From positions 41,974,001-42,038,000 of the forward strand of contig OX597815.1 of NCBI GenBank assembly GCA_951406725.2: a stretch of 64,000 bases of DNA, written 5' to 3'. A program made the translations under genes and the position numbers. The notes below the pieces were generated by a model. It was given only the letters and a program-made list of their open reading frames with translations. It made no database searches and had not been told where the DNA came from. Below, one piece after another: positions 13,566 to 26,932 of the stretch. The DNA is from Octopus vulgaris. Its lineage: Eukaryota. Position 1 is the stretch's first letter. Every line of letters starts with the position of its first letter.

Positions 13566-14539
13566 CTGAGAGTCAACTCACAGAGCAAATGAGAAGATTC
13601 TGAGAAGACTGAAGTTACAACCACTGCAAAAGATTGCAGCAGAGCACCAATTCCACCTAGCTGGCCACATTTTCTGTCAAACTGATCAAAAACAATCACG
13701 ACTTGGCTACTACTTGAAAAGCAAGTGTAAAAAGGGTAATCCAAAGCTCACTTTGTGGTAGACATTTCAAGATGACCTGAAGATAGTTAATATTCTGTGG
13801 AATGGATGTGAAGAGTAGCAGCCAACTGAATCCAGAGGAGGGGATTTGTCACTCAATGTCCCGAGTAGTGCAGAAGTTAAAGCTAAAAATGGGTGAAAGT
13901 CAAAGAAACTAAATAATGCAAAGCAGCAGTCCTCAGTTCTTTTTGCCCCATAGACTGGCTTCATGCAAGAGAATTTTTCTACAGGCTGGGGTGGAGGTCA
14001 TGTCCATAAAACACAATAAAATGCATAATACATAATTTAATCATTACATATATAAGGTAACATTACTCGACAGACTGCAATAGTCAATAAAATAGAAATA
14101 AAAATTTTAAATAAATTTTTCTGCATGACCTGGTACCAAATGATTCATAGTCTGACACTGGTCCACAACCTGGTTGCTGGGGACTCCTACTGTAAAGTAA
14201 TATGCTCTGTAGATTCTACCAATCCTCTGTCATTGCTTGGAAAAGAATATCATTTCCAACATAGGCACAAGGTCATGAATTTACAAGGAGAAATGAGTCA
14301 AGTAACTCAGCCCTGGTAATTGAGTAGTACTTTATCTTATCAACAATAAGAAATTTATTGCGCATAAATTTTAACAAAATCTTATATGGAACCCCTCAGT
14401 GCTATATGGATCCAACTTGAGAACCACTGTGTTTTGATCATGTCTGTAACACCTTTGATAACAGGAACAGTTGATCAAAACTAACCTGGGGCTAATCAAC
14501 AACAATAACTGTGCCATTACTATTACTACAAATAATATT

Positions 14540-15012
14540 TAGAAAAAGCACCATCCGAACATGGCCGATGCCAGCACCGCAGCACCACCTCGACTGGCTT
14601 CTGTGCCGGTGGCACATAAAAAGCACCAACCGATTGTGGGATCCCGGAACATCTCGTAGTGCTAGGAGACCTGTTGAGTCAAGTGCATGTACATGAACAT
14701 CGAACCAAATATCAATGGAAACAGTAGTTGTGATACCTGTGCCGGTAACACATAAAAAGCACCATCCGAACGTGACCGATGCCAACCCCGCCTCAAATGG
14801 CTTCTGTGCCGGTGGCATATAAAAAGTACCATTCGAACGTGCAAGTGGCACGTAAAAAGCACCCACTACACTCGCGGAGTGGTTGGCGTTAGGAAGGGCA
14901 TCCAGCTGTAGAAACACTGCCAGATTAGACTGGGGCCTGGAGCAGCCCCTGGCTCGTCCAACCCGTGCTAGCGCGGAAAACGGACGTTAAACGATGATGA
15001 TGATGATGATGA
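14540..15012 (+). mobile_element. Non-autonomous retroposon with (GAT)n tail and internal GTGCCGGTGGCACRTAAAAAGCACC repeats; further copies near 8760, 11720(-), 20225, 21955(-), 23040, 27600(-), 36550, 45640, 49120, 63450(-)
   Basis: Conserved 3' block GGAGTGGTTGGCGTTAGGAAGGGCATCCAGC...GGACGTTAAACGATGATGAT in many copies; the tail type suggests an RTE-clade partner (inference). Confidence 0.85.
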
Positions 15013-15396
15013 GAACTTCTGTTTTCCATTAATTCTGAGCTATTGTGAGAATGTTAGAAAATGTTATAATTATAGAATTGAAGATATACCTGAGGACTGA
15101 AATCATCTTGTGCACACACTGATACAAATAATCATACTAATGTAGTGAGGTGGCAGAATCGTCAACACACCAGGCTTAGAGGCATTTACATTCTGAGTTT
15201 AAATGTATCTGAGTTCATTTATGTCTTTACATCCTGAGTTTAAATGCCACCGAGATAGACTTTGCTTTCATCTTCTTGGGATTGATAAAATAAGTACCAG
15301 TTGAGCACTGAGGTTGATTTAATTGACTTTGCCCCACCCAGTGAAATTGCTGGCATTGCACCAAAATTTGAAATCAATATATCATAATATAGTTAC

Positions 15397-15546
15397 CTTA
15401 GAATCTGTTATAGAACAATCCATAGCTGTATTGTAATCACTAAAAGAAAGGTTGCTTGTCGTCATAATTGGTGGGTCATCCAAACGTTGAGTGATTTGAT
15501 CTTCTTTCTCATATTCACTTTTGAAAAACTGTAACTGCAAGAAGAA
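15397..15546 (-). CDS. RINT1: RINT1 coding exon 10 (FFLQLQFFKSEYEKED...SITDSK)
   Basis: Acceptor gtttcttag, donor AAG|GTAAC; 150 nt, phase 0 to 0; begins with FFLQLQ. Confidence 0.9.
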
Positions 15547-16154
15547 CTAAGAAACACAAAGAAGAAAGCACAATATTATATAAACAGATATTTGGAAACA
15601 TTTCTGATATAGAGTTGAAATAAAAATGTAGTTATTTTCTCAAATAAATTTATGAAAAGAGAGTATATTAAAATTCTTTTTGACTGCATTAGAAAGATAT
15701 ACTAGGATCAGTATGTGTGTTATTTTAAGGCAGTTTATGTTGCTTTGGCTTACAGTAAAAATAAAGATACTGAATAAGAAATTTACATTAAAAAAAATTT
15801 TTTGTCTACAATATAATGTAAATTCATAAGACTGTTCAGGAAAATGCCTAAAAACTAAGGAAAAAAAACTGCTTTGTAGAAACTGTGATAGAAGGGAGAT
15901 GACTGTATAAGTATAGGTGCTTGATGGGATTGGAAGAGGTTTGTTGCATAAAAATATACCATGAGTTGGTAGTAGTCAAATGTAAAGTGTAGACGATCTT
16001 TTATCTTTTACTTGTTTCAGTCATTTGATTGTGGCCATGCTGGGGTACTGCCTTGAAGGATTTTAGTCATATGAATCAACCCCAATACCATTTTTCTTTA
16101 AAACCTGGTACTTATTCTATCAGTCTCTTTGCTAAACTGCTAAGTTACAGGAGA

Positions 16155-16615
16155 TATACTGTGAGCAGCTTGAGTGGCTTAAGTCAGTGCTAGAAGGAAA
16201 ACGACCATCTTTGGTTTCAAGATGAAAGGTGTTCTATCAGGATAATGCTTGGCCACATACAGCAAGGATGACATTCCAAAGGCTGGAGCAGTTTGAACGG
16301 GAAACGATGCCCTATCCACCATATTCGCTGGACGTTGTCCCATCTGATTATTATTTATTCAGCAGTCTTCAAAATCATTTGGATGGAAAAAATATGAATT
16401 CTGTAGATGAGGTCAGAACAGTACTGGAGGACTATCTTTTGTCATGGACAAGTGAATTTTGGAAGAGAGGTCTTGCAAGTCTACTAGATAGATGGAAGAG
16501 CATTTTAGAAAATGAAGGAGAGAATATTTTAGATTAAAAAAGGACTTTGTTTATCTTAATTTTGAAAAATAAAAGAAGTATAAAAAAACTGCATTATTTA
16601 TGGGATGACTCAATA
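16155..16615 (+). mobile_element. Mariner transposon 3' fragment
   Basis: ORF 16229..16537 has QDNAWPH and YPPYSLDVVPSDYYLF (DD34D-type catalytic motifs); TIR-like end. Confidence 0.9.
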
Positions 16616-17913
16616 TCACTGTTTTATATTTGATTTTTCCTTACTGGCACAAATTAGGTGAGATTTGTAGAGGCAGTGTTCCATGAGCTGGATGCCTTTC
16701 ATGATGCTAACTCTTATTCAACTTTTAAGCAAGGAATTTAATGCCAATGGGTTTTGCTTATTGAACCATTGTGCAGGACACATTGTTTATGGGGACAAAC
16801 AAATATCACTGCTGCCTAACCAGTGTCAGTATGAAGACACATGGAAACACACACACACACACACAATGGTCTTCTGTACAAGTTTCTATCAACCAAAGTT
16901 CACTCACAAGGTAATGGTCAACCCAATAATGTTTCTTTTTCTATGCTTGCATGATTAGATGAAATTATGATGGGATAGAATTTCTATGGCTAGATGCTCT
17001 CCTGATGCCAAACCACACCTTGGTTAAGGAGAATCTTCTCTAATGCTTGTAGCATGATAAAATACACCTAGTCCACGCTGGAAAATGGCTGGTGATGAGA
17101 ACAGCATCAAGTCAGACATCAGGAAGCATATCCCCTTCAACAGACATAACAACAAAGTTATTCAGTTTTCTCTGCTGCCATGTGACAGAAGACAAAGAAC
17201 TATACTAAATGGTAAGATGATATGACTCCTGTCCAAGTAATACCAACATGGAAAAATTAATGTAAAATGCTGATTAATATCATCTTTGTGTTTTTATAAT
17301 AATTGCATCTAGACTATGGTTTGACTGATTTACTATTTGAATGTCATCAGGTGCCTTATTTCTGGATGTGTGTGTGAGCCCCCTACCCATCTCTGCTCCT
17401 TCCACGTGACCAGTGTCCAGCCAGCCATGATCTTTCTTTCTTGGCCTGACTGCCAACTGCCAACACCTCTTATGTCCTATGTTCCTGCCTTTAGGCTTTC
17501 ACTTCATACATGCCAGCTCAATTTGATTCATTCTCAGTTGAAAGACACCTGTTGTTATTTCTTGTTGTTTATATTCGTAATTGTGTACCATGTTCTCCAG
17601 TTTTTTTGTTTGTTTGTTTTTTTTGTGTTTGTTGCTGTACACATTCGCTAGCTTTCTTACGAAGAAGTCTAATGCTCTTAGCTTAGACTTTTTGGAGGCA
17701 ACCAGATCGAACCATCTCAAGTGTAACTGCCCAAAATGGTATTGACTTATGGAATTTGACTGAAGAAAGAAAGCCACAAATGACCCGTCTTTTTTGGCCT
17801 GTCCTCCTAATTGTTGTTTCTCTTGTCCGCCTTTGTATCATCTATCTGTCCGAATGTTTTAATGTCCTCTATTGTGTTTTTGTTCCATTTTTATATATAT
17901 ATACACACACACA

Positions 17914-18475
17914 TAGGGTGCGCTGGGTAAACTGTCACCATTTTATATTTTTAATTTCGAAAAGGCGCATTGTTTGTTTTTGATTTTGTCGACTACACAG
18001 TATAGTAGGGTCAGTTGGGCACAGACTGTGAGAAAAACAGTACCATGACACAATTCACTCTGCCAGAAATTTAGAAACAACATGTTGTACTGCTTGGCAT
18101 TTGCACCAGAAGCTCCAATGCAAACATTTCAGAGTATTTGGGTGTCAATCTGAGGACATGTACTGAGAGTGATAAAAATCAAACATCTAGTGAACATCAT
18201 GGTTTTTGGAGTGATCACTAGTGATGGTAATGTTATGCCACCATTCATCTTCCCACATGGCCTCAGACTAAACATAGACTACATCAAGTGCCTAGAGGAG
18301 GTAGTGCTGCTCTGGGTCAAGAGGGTGGCTACTGGAAGACCATGCCACACAAGCAGGAGAACCCAGTCATGGCGGTTGGACAATTTCTGTGACCACATCA
18401 TCCCAAACATCTGGCCACCTAACTCCCCAGAGTGCAACCCCGTAATTTAGAAAACAGTTTATTCACCACACCCAG
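17914..18475 (+). mobile_element. Internally deleted Tc1/maT-like element with degenerate TIRs
   Basis: IMVFGVITSDG and WPPNSPECNP motifs; ends AGGGTGCGCTGGGTAAACTGT and ACAGTTTATTCACCACACCCAG are imperfect inverted repeats in TA context. Confidence 0.8.
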
Positions 18476-18760
18476 TATATATACAAACTGAACTAATATA
18501 GAAGTTACTGGCTTCAATTGACTCAGGTTCTATGTACACACCTAAATTTAAAAGACATGATTAATCAGACATTCAAACTGATTGAAATGTAATGTAGCTA
18601 AAATATTATAAATATAAACTCTTAAGATGAGATTAATTGTCTGACAGATTGTAAACTTGTGCTATGTGTTATACAAAACATAATTTTTTCTTCTAGTTAG
18701 TATGTATACAAGGGAACCTGATGTTAAATTAAATTTGTAAAATACAAAAGATATACTTAC

Positions 18761-18960
18761 AACTAACTCACTCCATTGCTGAAGAACTTCCACAATATAA
18801 GAAGCAGTATTAAGAATTGAACAATATTGCTGACCAAGAACATTTTGTGCTTCTTGCTTCATCACTTGAACAAGACGTGTTCGAAAATCTTCAAGAAGCT
18901 CTTGTTGGAGAGCAAGGAATCTCAGCTTATGCTGTGGTTGTGGTAAATGCTTATAGCGGT
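18761..18960 (-). CDS. RINT1: RINT1 coding exon 9 (DRYKHLP...LQQWSELV)
   Basis: Acceptor ctgtcaccag, donor GTT|GTAAGT; 200 nt, phase 1 to 0. Confidence 0.95.
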
Positions 18961-20664
18961 CTGGTGACAGAGAAAAGTAATGTTTAACCATTTGTAGAGA
19001 GGCAGTTAATGCAAAATTTATCACATAATACAAACTGTTTATTTACTTATTAAAGTAACAAAAAATAAAACCTATATATGGTATGGGGTTGGCAGAAGTG
19101 GTATGGCATCAGACAAAATACTATGAGATATATACTTATATGCCTCTTTGCATTTTGAGTTCAAATTCTTCCCTAGTCCACTGCCATTCAATCTATCAAA
19201 GTGTATAAAATAAATACTAGACAATGAGGTCAATGAAGTCAATTGCAATCTAGAAAATGATGTTCCACTATTGCCTCAGTTCAATGACTGAAAGCAGTCA
19301 AAGAATAATAATTTTGTATAAATTATCATCTCTTATGGGAAGAAAGGCTTACATTAGAGGTATGCTTAGAAAGTAACTAATAGTAAGGAAAATAACCAAA
19401 ATTAAATATGATAGGAAAATGAGATAGTAAGACATCAAAAGTTTAGTAAGGTAAGAAAATAATAGTTATCCTTTATCATTTCCTTGTTTCAGTCATTGGA
19501 CTGTGACCATGCTGGGGTACTGCCTTGAAGAATTTAGTCAAACAGATCAACTCTTCCAACCATCAGTACTTATTTTATTGGTCTCTTTTGCCAAACTGCT
19601 AATTTATTGGAGGAACAAACACAACATAAACACACATTTATATTTCAATATGTTGAACCATTAATCCCTACACATCTTTTTCTCCTTTTTCTCTCTTAAT
19701 CCTTTCTGTCAAAGAGCATAGGCTCAAAACATAAAAGACTTTTCCATTCTTCCCAAGCGTTAAACTAGTACACCCGCTTATTATTCCTACACCTGTCTTC
19801 ATCTTCTGTTTTCTGGCATGGGAACTTGTTAGCAGGCTGTGTAGTAAGAAGCTTGCTTCACAACCACATGGTTCCGAGTTCAGTCCACTGCGTAGCAACT
19901 TGGGCAAGTGTTTTCTACTATAGTCTCAGGCCAACCAAAGCCTTGTGTGTAGATTTTGTAGATGGAAACTGAAAGAAACCCATCGTGTGTGTGTGTATGG
20001 CCTGGTGCAGCCTTCGGGCTCCCCAGACCCCAGTTGAACCGTCCAACCCATGCTAGCATGGAAAGCGGACGTTAAATGATGATGATGATGATGATGATGA
20101 TATATATATATATATATATATATATGCATGTATATGCATGTGTGACTGTGTTTTTTCTTCCACCATCATTTGACAACTGATGTTGGTGTGTTTATGTTGC
20201 CATAACTTAGCAGTTTGGAAAAGAGCATGGTTGTTGCCAGTGCCGCCTGACAGGCTCCTGTGCCGGTGGCATGTAAAAAGCACCATTCAAGTGTGGTCGA
20301 TGCCAGTATCACCTGACTAACCCTCGTGCTGGTGGTACGTAAAAAGCACCCACTACACTCTTGGAATGGTTGGCATTAGAAAGGGTATCCAGCTGTAGAA
20401 ACTTTGCCAGATCAGATTGGAGCCTGGTACAACCTTCTGGTTTGCCAGTCTTCAGTCAAACCGTCCAACCCATGCCAGCATAGAAAGCGGACGTTAAACA
20501 ACGACGATGATGATGACACACACGATGGGCTTCTTTATGTTTGTCTACTAAATCCATTCATATAGCTTTCCCAAGGTGCTGTGCATTGGGACTGAACCCA
20601 AGATAACATGGTTAGGAAGCAAGCTTCTTATCCACAAATAATATGCTATAAAACTATTTCTTAC

Positions 20665-20802
20665 CTGTAATTGTTTGCATTAACGTCATAAAACTCTCTC
20701 CGCATTCTGGTACCTTTAATTCGTCAACATCAGCAATATCCCTGTATTGCGAGAGCCATGCTGATGATGACGACATCATGGCATCAACCTTTTCCATCGC
20801 AT
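20665..20802 (-). CDS. RINT1: RINT1 coding exon 8 (AMEKVDAMMSSSSAW...KVPECGESFMTLMQTIT)
   Basis: Acceptor cattaatag, donor G|GTAAG; 138 nt, phase 1 to 1; translated by hand. Confidence 0.93.
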
Positions 20803-21181
20803 CTATTAATGGGAAGAAGATTATAATGAATTATTTTAATTGCTTATTCCAGGTTTGCAAATAAAATTAATAAAAATACATAAGTTAATAAAATCAATAA
20901 AAATATATTCTTTTATTCTTTTACTTGCTTCAGTCATTTGACTGTGGCCATGCTGGAGCATCACCTTAAAGGGTTTTAGTTGAAGAAATCGATCCCCAGG
21001 ACTTATTCTTTGTAAGCCTTGTACTTATTCTATCTCTGTCTCTTTTGCCAAATCACTAAGTCACAGGGACATAAGCACACCAACATCAGTTGTCAAGTGA
21101 TGGTGGGAGCACAAATACAGACACACATAAATATATACATAATGTGTGTATATATATATATATAATATAAACAATATATAA

Positions 21182-21665
21182 ATATATGCATATATACATA
21201 TATGTACATACCTATATATATATATGTATATATACATGCATATATGGGTACAGGACATCAAAAAAACGTTGAACACAATGAGAAATGAAAACATAAAAAC
21301 AAAAACATAGAAAACGAACTTTTTTTTCAAACAACGAAAAAACAGAGAAACGAGACATACAACACAAAGAATATTCTCCTTCGTCAGTTGTCCCTGTTTC
21401 ATCTACTCCGCGTTCAAAGGCAAGGACAAGATGCAGTTTCGTTGAAACAGTCCTTCCCACAAAGTAAACTAAATAAAATTTGGGATTTTTTGCAGAGGAT
21501 GAAAGTGGTAACAAGAACAGGACAGTAAGAACAATACAAGTAAAAACAATGTTTTCGTTTCTCATTGTGTTCAATGTTTTCTTGATGTCCTGTACCCGTA
21601 TATGCATGTATATACATATATATGTAGGTATGTACATATATGTATGTATATATGCATATATCTAT
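21182..21665. repeat. Foldback element with ~115-bp inverted arms, inserted in the microsatellite of a SINE
   Basis: Arms 21182-21295 and 21549-21665 are reverse complements (GGGTACAGGACATCAA...AAAACAT versus ATGTTTT...TTGATGTCCTGTACCC). Confidence 0.85.
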
Positions 21666-21714
21666 ATATTATTATATGATCAAATGCCACGCATCCTTTT
21701 CCAAGTAAGTTTTA

Positions 21715-21767
<53 letters not shown>

Positions 21768-21951
21768 GTGACAAGCTTCTTTCAGTTGCCCTCTACCAAA
21801 TCCACTCACAAGGCTTTGGTTGGCCTGAAGCTATTGTAGAAGACACTTGCCCAAGGTTCCACATAGTGGGACTGAACCTGGAGCCATGTGGCTGGAATCA
21901 AGTTTCTTATCACACAGCCACGCCTATAAATTAATATTATAGTAAATATAC

Positions 21952-21984
<33 letters not shown>

Positions 21985-22401
21985 TTAGCATCTGTTTTCC
22001 ATGCTGGCATGAGTTAGACAGTTTGACTGGAGCTGGTAAGCTGGAGAGCTGTACTAGGCTCCAATCTGTTTTGGCTTGGTTACTATGGCTTGATGCCCTT
22101 CCTAATGCCAACCACTCCACAGAGAGTACTGGGTGCCTTTTACATATCACTGGCATTGGCCATGACTACAATTTCATTTAGCTTGATGTGTCTTCTCAAG
22201 CACAGCAAATTGCCAAAAGATTTGAAGATAAATATGAATTTGACATTAGTGGTGGAAATTGGTGAACAACATCAATAAATATTATCTTTTACCTTTTACT
22301 TAAAACAGTTTTCAGAATGTGACCATACCAACGCATCAACAAGGATTTAGTTGAATAAATCAACCCCAGCACATATCTTAAACCTAGTACTTATCCTATT
22401 G

Positions 22402-22720
22402 TGAAGGCACATGGCTCAGTGGTTAGAGTGTCAAGCTTACGATTGTGAGGTTGTGAGTTTGATTTCTGGACAGGGCTTGTGTTGTGTTCTTGAGCAAAAC
22501 ACTTTGTCACGTTGCTCCAGTTCACTCAGCTGTAGAAATGAGTTGTGACATCACTGGTGCCAAGCTGTATCGGCCTTTGCCTTTCCCTTGGATAACATTG
22601 GTGGCATGGAGAGGGAAGGCTGGTATGCATGGGTGACTGCTGGCCTTCCATAAACAACCTTGCCTGGACTTGTGCCTCGGAGGGTAACTTTCTAGGTGCA
22701 ATCCTATGGTCATTCATGCC
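22402..22720 (+). mobile_element. tRNA-derived SINE (GGCTCAGTGGTTAGAG head) nested inside another SINE
   Basis: A box and degenerate B box; flanked by the duplicated sequence TACTTATCCTATTG (about 22388-22401 and 22721-22734). Confidence 0.75.
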
Positions 22721-23627
22721 TACTTATCCTATTGCCTTCTTTTTGCTGAACTGCTAAGTTACAGGGATGTAAACAAACCAATACCAGTTGTCAAGCAGTG
22801 GTAAGTGACAAACACAAAGGTACACACACACATATGCTAAGCTTCTTTTAGTTTCCATCTTCCAAATCCACTCACAAGGCTTTGATTGGCCTGGGGTTAT
22901 AATGGAAAACACTTGCCCAAGGTGCTGCACAGTGGGATTGAACCCAAACCACATGGTTGGGAAGCAAGTTTCTACATTTGTTTTATTCTAAGATAACAGA
23001 GACAGACCTTTTAATTGGACTGCTGGTCCAATTAAAAGTGCATGTGCTGGTGCCACATAAAAAGCACCCAACACACACTGTAAAGTGGTTGGTATTAGGA
23101 AGGGCATCTAGCCATAGAAACCAGGCTAAATCAGACTGGAGCCTGGTGCAGCTCTCCAGCTCTGGTCAAACCATCCAACCCATGCCAGCATAGAAAACCT
23201 ATGTTAAAGGATGATGATGATGTAGCCATTGTTTAGCCTTAGATCAAACTTGTTCAAACAGAATCCATGAGCATAGGCATTCCACTTATGTCCGTCCTAT
23301 CTTTTACTAGGCTAATAGATATAGACAACATTATCTAGTATGTCCTTTCTTCCTCAAAACAGCAAGCATAGGTGTTTCTGTGTGGTTCAGAAGTTAACTT
23401 CCTAATTATGTGGTCTCAGATTCAGTCCCACTGTACAGCACTTTGGGTAAATGTCTCTACCACTATAACCATGAGCCAATCAAAGCCTTGTGAGTGGATC
23501 TAGTAAATGGAAACTGAGAAAAGTTTGTTGTTGTGTGTGTGCGTGTGTGTGTGCATATTCCTTTTAAAAGTAGGCGGTTAATGAACATTTCACATAAAAT
23601 TTGAGAAATTTTGAAGAGGAAACTTAC

Positions 23628-23853
23628 AGCGCTTTTCAACAACCAGCCATCTTTCAAATACTTCTTCTTGGGACAAGACATGCATTGCTCCCGGTTGGTT
23701 TGCCGGGTAAGCATAATTAGTCCGCAATTCTCTATCAAATAGGAGAGCTTCGTCAATGAGATGTGTGAAGAGGTGCTCATCATACATTACTAAAGGTAAA
23801 TCGGTAGTCATCTTCTCTAGCACCAATTCAACCAAACCTCGCATTAATTCCAC
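23628..23853 (-). CDS. RINT1: RINT1 coding exon 7 (VELMRGLV...ERWLVVEKR)
   Basis: Acceptor ttttgtag, donor T|GTAAGT; 226 nt, phase 0 to 1. Confidence 0.95.
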
Positions 23854-24556
23854 CTACAAAATAAGAATTAATATTAATAATGGTTTCAATTTTTGGCACT
23901 AGGCCAGTAATTTCGGGGATGGGAGTAAGTCGATTCCATCAACCCCAGTGCTCAACTGGTACTTATTTTATTGACCCTTGAAAGGGATAAACAGCAAAGT
24001 CGACCTTGGCGGAATTTGAACTCAGAATGTAAGGACAGATGAAATGTCGCTAAGCATTTTGCTCGGCGTGCTAACAATTTTGCCAGCTCACTGCCTTAGA
24101 GATTAAAATTGATATCAAATAGTATCTTAATTAAATTATTATTTTGAATTACTGCATTAAAATTTCACAGAATTCTCGAAAATGGCTGAAGTAGATAATT
24201 CTTTGTGTAAAAATAAAATTTAATCCAAACTTTATCTTATAGAAATATGATATAATTTATCATTTGAATATCAGTATTGTAGACATTAACAGACAGTTAG
24301 GTCTTTTAAATTTAAATGAAGGATATATTTAACTATAAATTTCACGTAAGAATAAGTATTGCATAGATGCAAAACAAAAAACTTTTTTTCAGAAAATGTA
24401 GTTTTCAGTGAATTTTTTTATGTATTATTTTGATTAGCAGTAAAATAAAAATTTTATTGTTGGCTATAAAAGTTGCTTCTTTTTCTCATAAGGATTGGGG
24501 AATACATGAAAATTAGTTTTTCATCTTTTAGGAGAGTTAAGAAATAATATACATAC

Positions 24557-24664
24557 TCGAGCAACTAAATTTGATTCCTCATCTAAAAGTGGTTGGATTG
24601 TCAGTTCTAAGAAATCACAGTGATCCCGTATCCATGCTAACACCTGAGTGAAGTACCATTCTGG
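24557..24664 (-). CDS. RINT1: RINT1 coding exon 6 (PEWYFTQVLAWIRDH...NLVAR)
   Basis: Acceptor catttctag, donor CGA|GTATGT; 108 nt, phase 0 to 0. Too short for the ORF track, translated by hand. Confidence 0.93.
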
Positions 24665-25844
24665 CTAGAAATGCAAAGTCGAAAAAAAGATTCATAAAAA
24701 ATATCTTTTCTCTTTTTAACAGGTTTGTAAGTCTTATTTAGGAACTCAAACCCTTAATCAAATACAATTTAACAAAATTTCATAACTAATTAAAAATGTG
24801 AGAAGTCAATACAATATACAAGAAGACACTCAGAGGTTTTTAAAAAAAATTACTGAATTGAAATAAATTCTCATTGCTAATAGTTTTGATAACTGTCAAG
24901 AAACTTTTTAAAAAATAACAACTGTTTTATTTGAAAAACAACTAGATATCTTTCCAGATTAATTTTCAAAACAACAAAGCAAACCTGCTAAAATCTCCAA
25001 ATTAAAAATTAAAAATATTTACATCTTATTTTCTCATACATAAGTTGTCTAGATGTGATGTTATGTAGCCTAGTAGTTAAAGAATTTGGCTTGTGGTCAT
25101 AAGGTAATGGGTTCAACTCATGAACTGAGTGGTATTCCAGTTTGTCCAGATATACTGAGTATCAACACTTTACTAATGCAGTTTTATATCCTTCTACCTG
25201 CCATATCCTAGATGTTGGATGTGAGGGTGAGAGAGCTCAGAAGTGTCCATGTCTGCTTTCAACTTCATAAGCACCTAAAACAATTAGTGCTTTTCATCCC
25301 TTTCAAGGATCAATAAAATAAGTACCAGTCAAGTACTGGGGTAGATGTAATCAATTTACCCCCACTTTTGAAATTAATGAAAGCATGGTACATGCCGCCA
25401 AGCTACATTTGCTCATGAGTGATGACTAGTTGTAACCTATGTTCAGCTTTAGGTTAGCCCTGACTGGGCAGATCTACGATCAAAGGCACATTCCCAGTCA
25501 CCTCATTTTTTAAGGTGGTAGGATTTAGGTTAAGTAACAATGACAAACTTGTATATTTGCATAAATGAATAACTAGAGCAATTATTTACCAGTATATTAC
25601 ATTCTTGGTGCCAAAACTTTCTATAGTTAGCAAATATTGCTATCTTTTGAAAGAAATGCAATTTAGCATAAAAAAGAACGAAAAACCTCTAAACGGACAA
25701 ATTTCACAAATGATATTCCATGAAATTAAATGCACCTAGGAAAACTTTAATAAACTTATTTAATTGGATATCAACTGAATTGATTGTTATTCAAGCAAGC
25801 ATCCCAAACATAAATATGAAATACATGTTAAAAAATATAATAAC

Positions 25845-26001
25845 CTTGTCCAAACTATTGGTTTGTCTGTTACCATAAAAATGGTACTTGAACCTCTTCT
25901 TCAATGGTTTCAGCATAAGCTGAAGCGGTAACACCTGGGGTGCTATATGAAGTCTACCAAGAGCAGGGTTCAACAGAGAACGTCGTCTTTGAAGAGATGA
26001 A
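25845..26001 (-). CDS. RINT1: RINT1 coding exon 5 (SSLQRRR...KRFKYHFYGNRQTNSLDK)
   Basis: Acceptor ttcacccag preceded by U12-type branch site TTCCCTTGAC; donor AAG|GTTATT; 157 nt, phase 2 to 0; hallmark RFxYHF..RQTN motif. Confidence 0.93.
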
Positions 26002-26932
26002 CTGGGTGAAAAAATGAAGTCAAGGGAAAAATAAAAAGAAGAAAGGATAACCCATAAAGCATTTTGGCCCTAAGCAGTCATTTTCCCCCATTTCATATAT
26101 AAGTATTCAATTATTTTACTCCAACCTCCAATGACTAAACTACTGCTCTTGAAAACTACTAAATTACTATCTTTACATGTCTGACCCACTTGTCTATGAG
26201 ATCATAAATTGGTAGACAAAGTGTATTAATAGGTAAATGAATGCACCTAAACATGGTACATACATATGTGTATGTATAGTGAATGAATTTGGTGTCTAGA
26301 TAACTCTGCAATATGCCCCAAAGATCTGGTGTGGTCAAGACACTTATTTCCAGGCATGTCCTTCCTGATACTAATCCTTATCTGCTTTCAAGTAAGGAGT
26401 CACTTACTGCATACAGCTTTGAAAGCAAAAACTGTCCTAGATGATTTGAAAGCAGGAGAAACCAAGTACGATATCAACTGTCATGATTTTTTTACAAGCA
26501 ACTGCAGATGTAAACAAACCCACATACATGTTTGTACGTGTGTGTACACACACACACACACACATCTTCTTTCAGTTTCTGTCTAACAAATTTGACAAGG
26601 CTTTTGTCAGCCTGAAGCTATGGCATAAAACAATTACCCAGAGTGATGCACAGTAGGAATGAACCCAAAACCATGTGGTTAGGAACTGAACTTCTTAGCC
26701 AGGTATCAATACAGTTTTTATTTACCAATTCTACTCCCAAGGCATTGGTTAGTTGATGGCTATAATAGAAGACACTTGCCTAAGATATCATGGCTGTGCC
26801 TAACACAAAGCATTGCCAAAAGAATCTACACAATTGTTTTTCTTTTCCCCAAGTCATTAACTGATTATAAAGCAGAAAACAGGAAGTTGTGATAATTTAA
26901 ACGAACAACATGAAGTTTGCAACAAAGGATAC

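Noticed and set aside
13544-13964. Minus-strand ORFs 13544..13744 and 13767..13964 as extra RINT1 coding exons
   Set aside because: Both end in stops before a usable donor and do not fit the phase-0 junctions; only the 39-nt sub-segment fits.
14540-14865. Regularly recurring ~25-bp repeat GTGCCGGTGGCACRTAAAAAGCACC with spacers, superficially CRISPR-like (also 11870-11975 and 49180-49360)
   Set aside because: Eukaryotic context, no cas genes, the spacers are related to each other, and the array is internal to a dispersed (GAT)n-tailed retroposon.
21061-22156. Cluster of 110-140 aa ORFs rich in YI/CV/H/D runs (similar ones occur throughout the window)
   Set aside because: Translations of (TA)n, (TG)n and (GAT)n microsatellites and SINE bodies.
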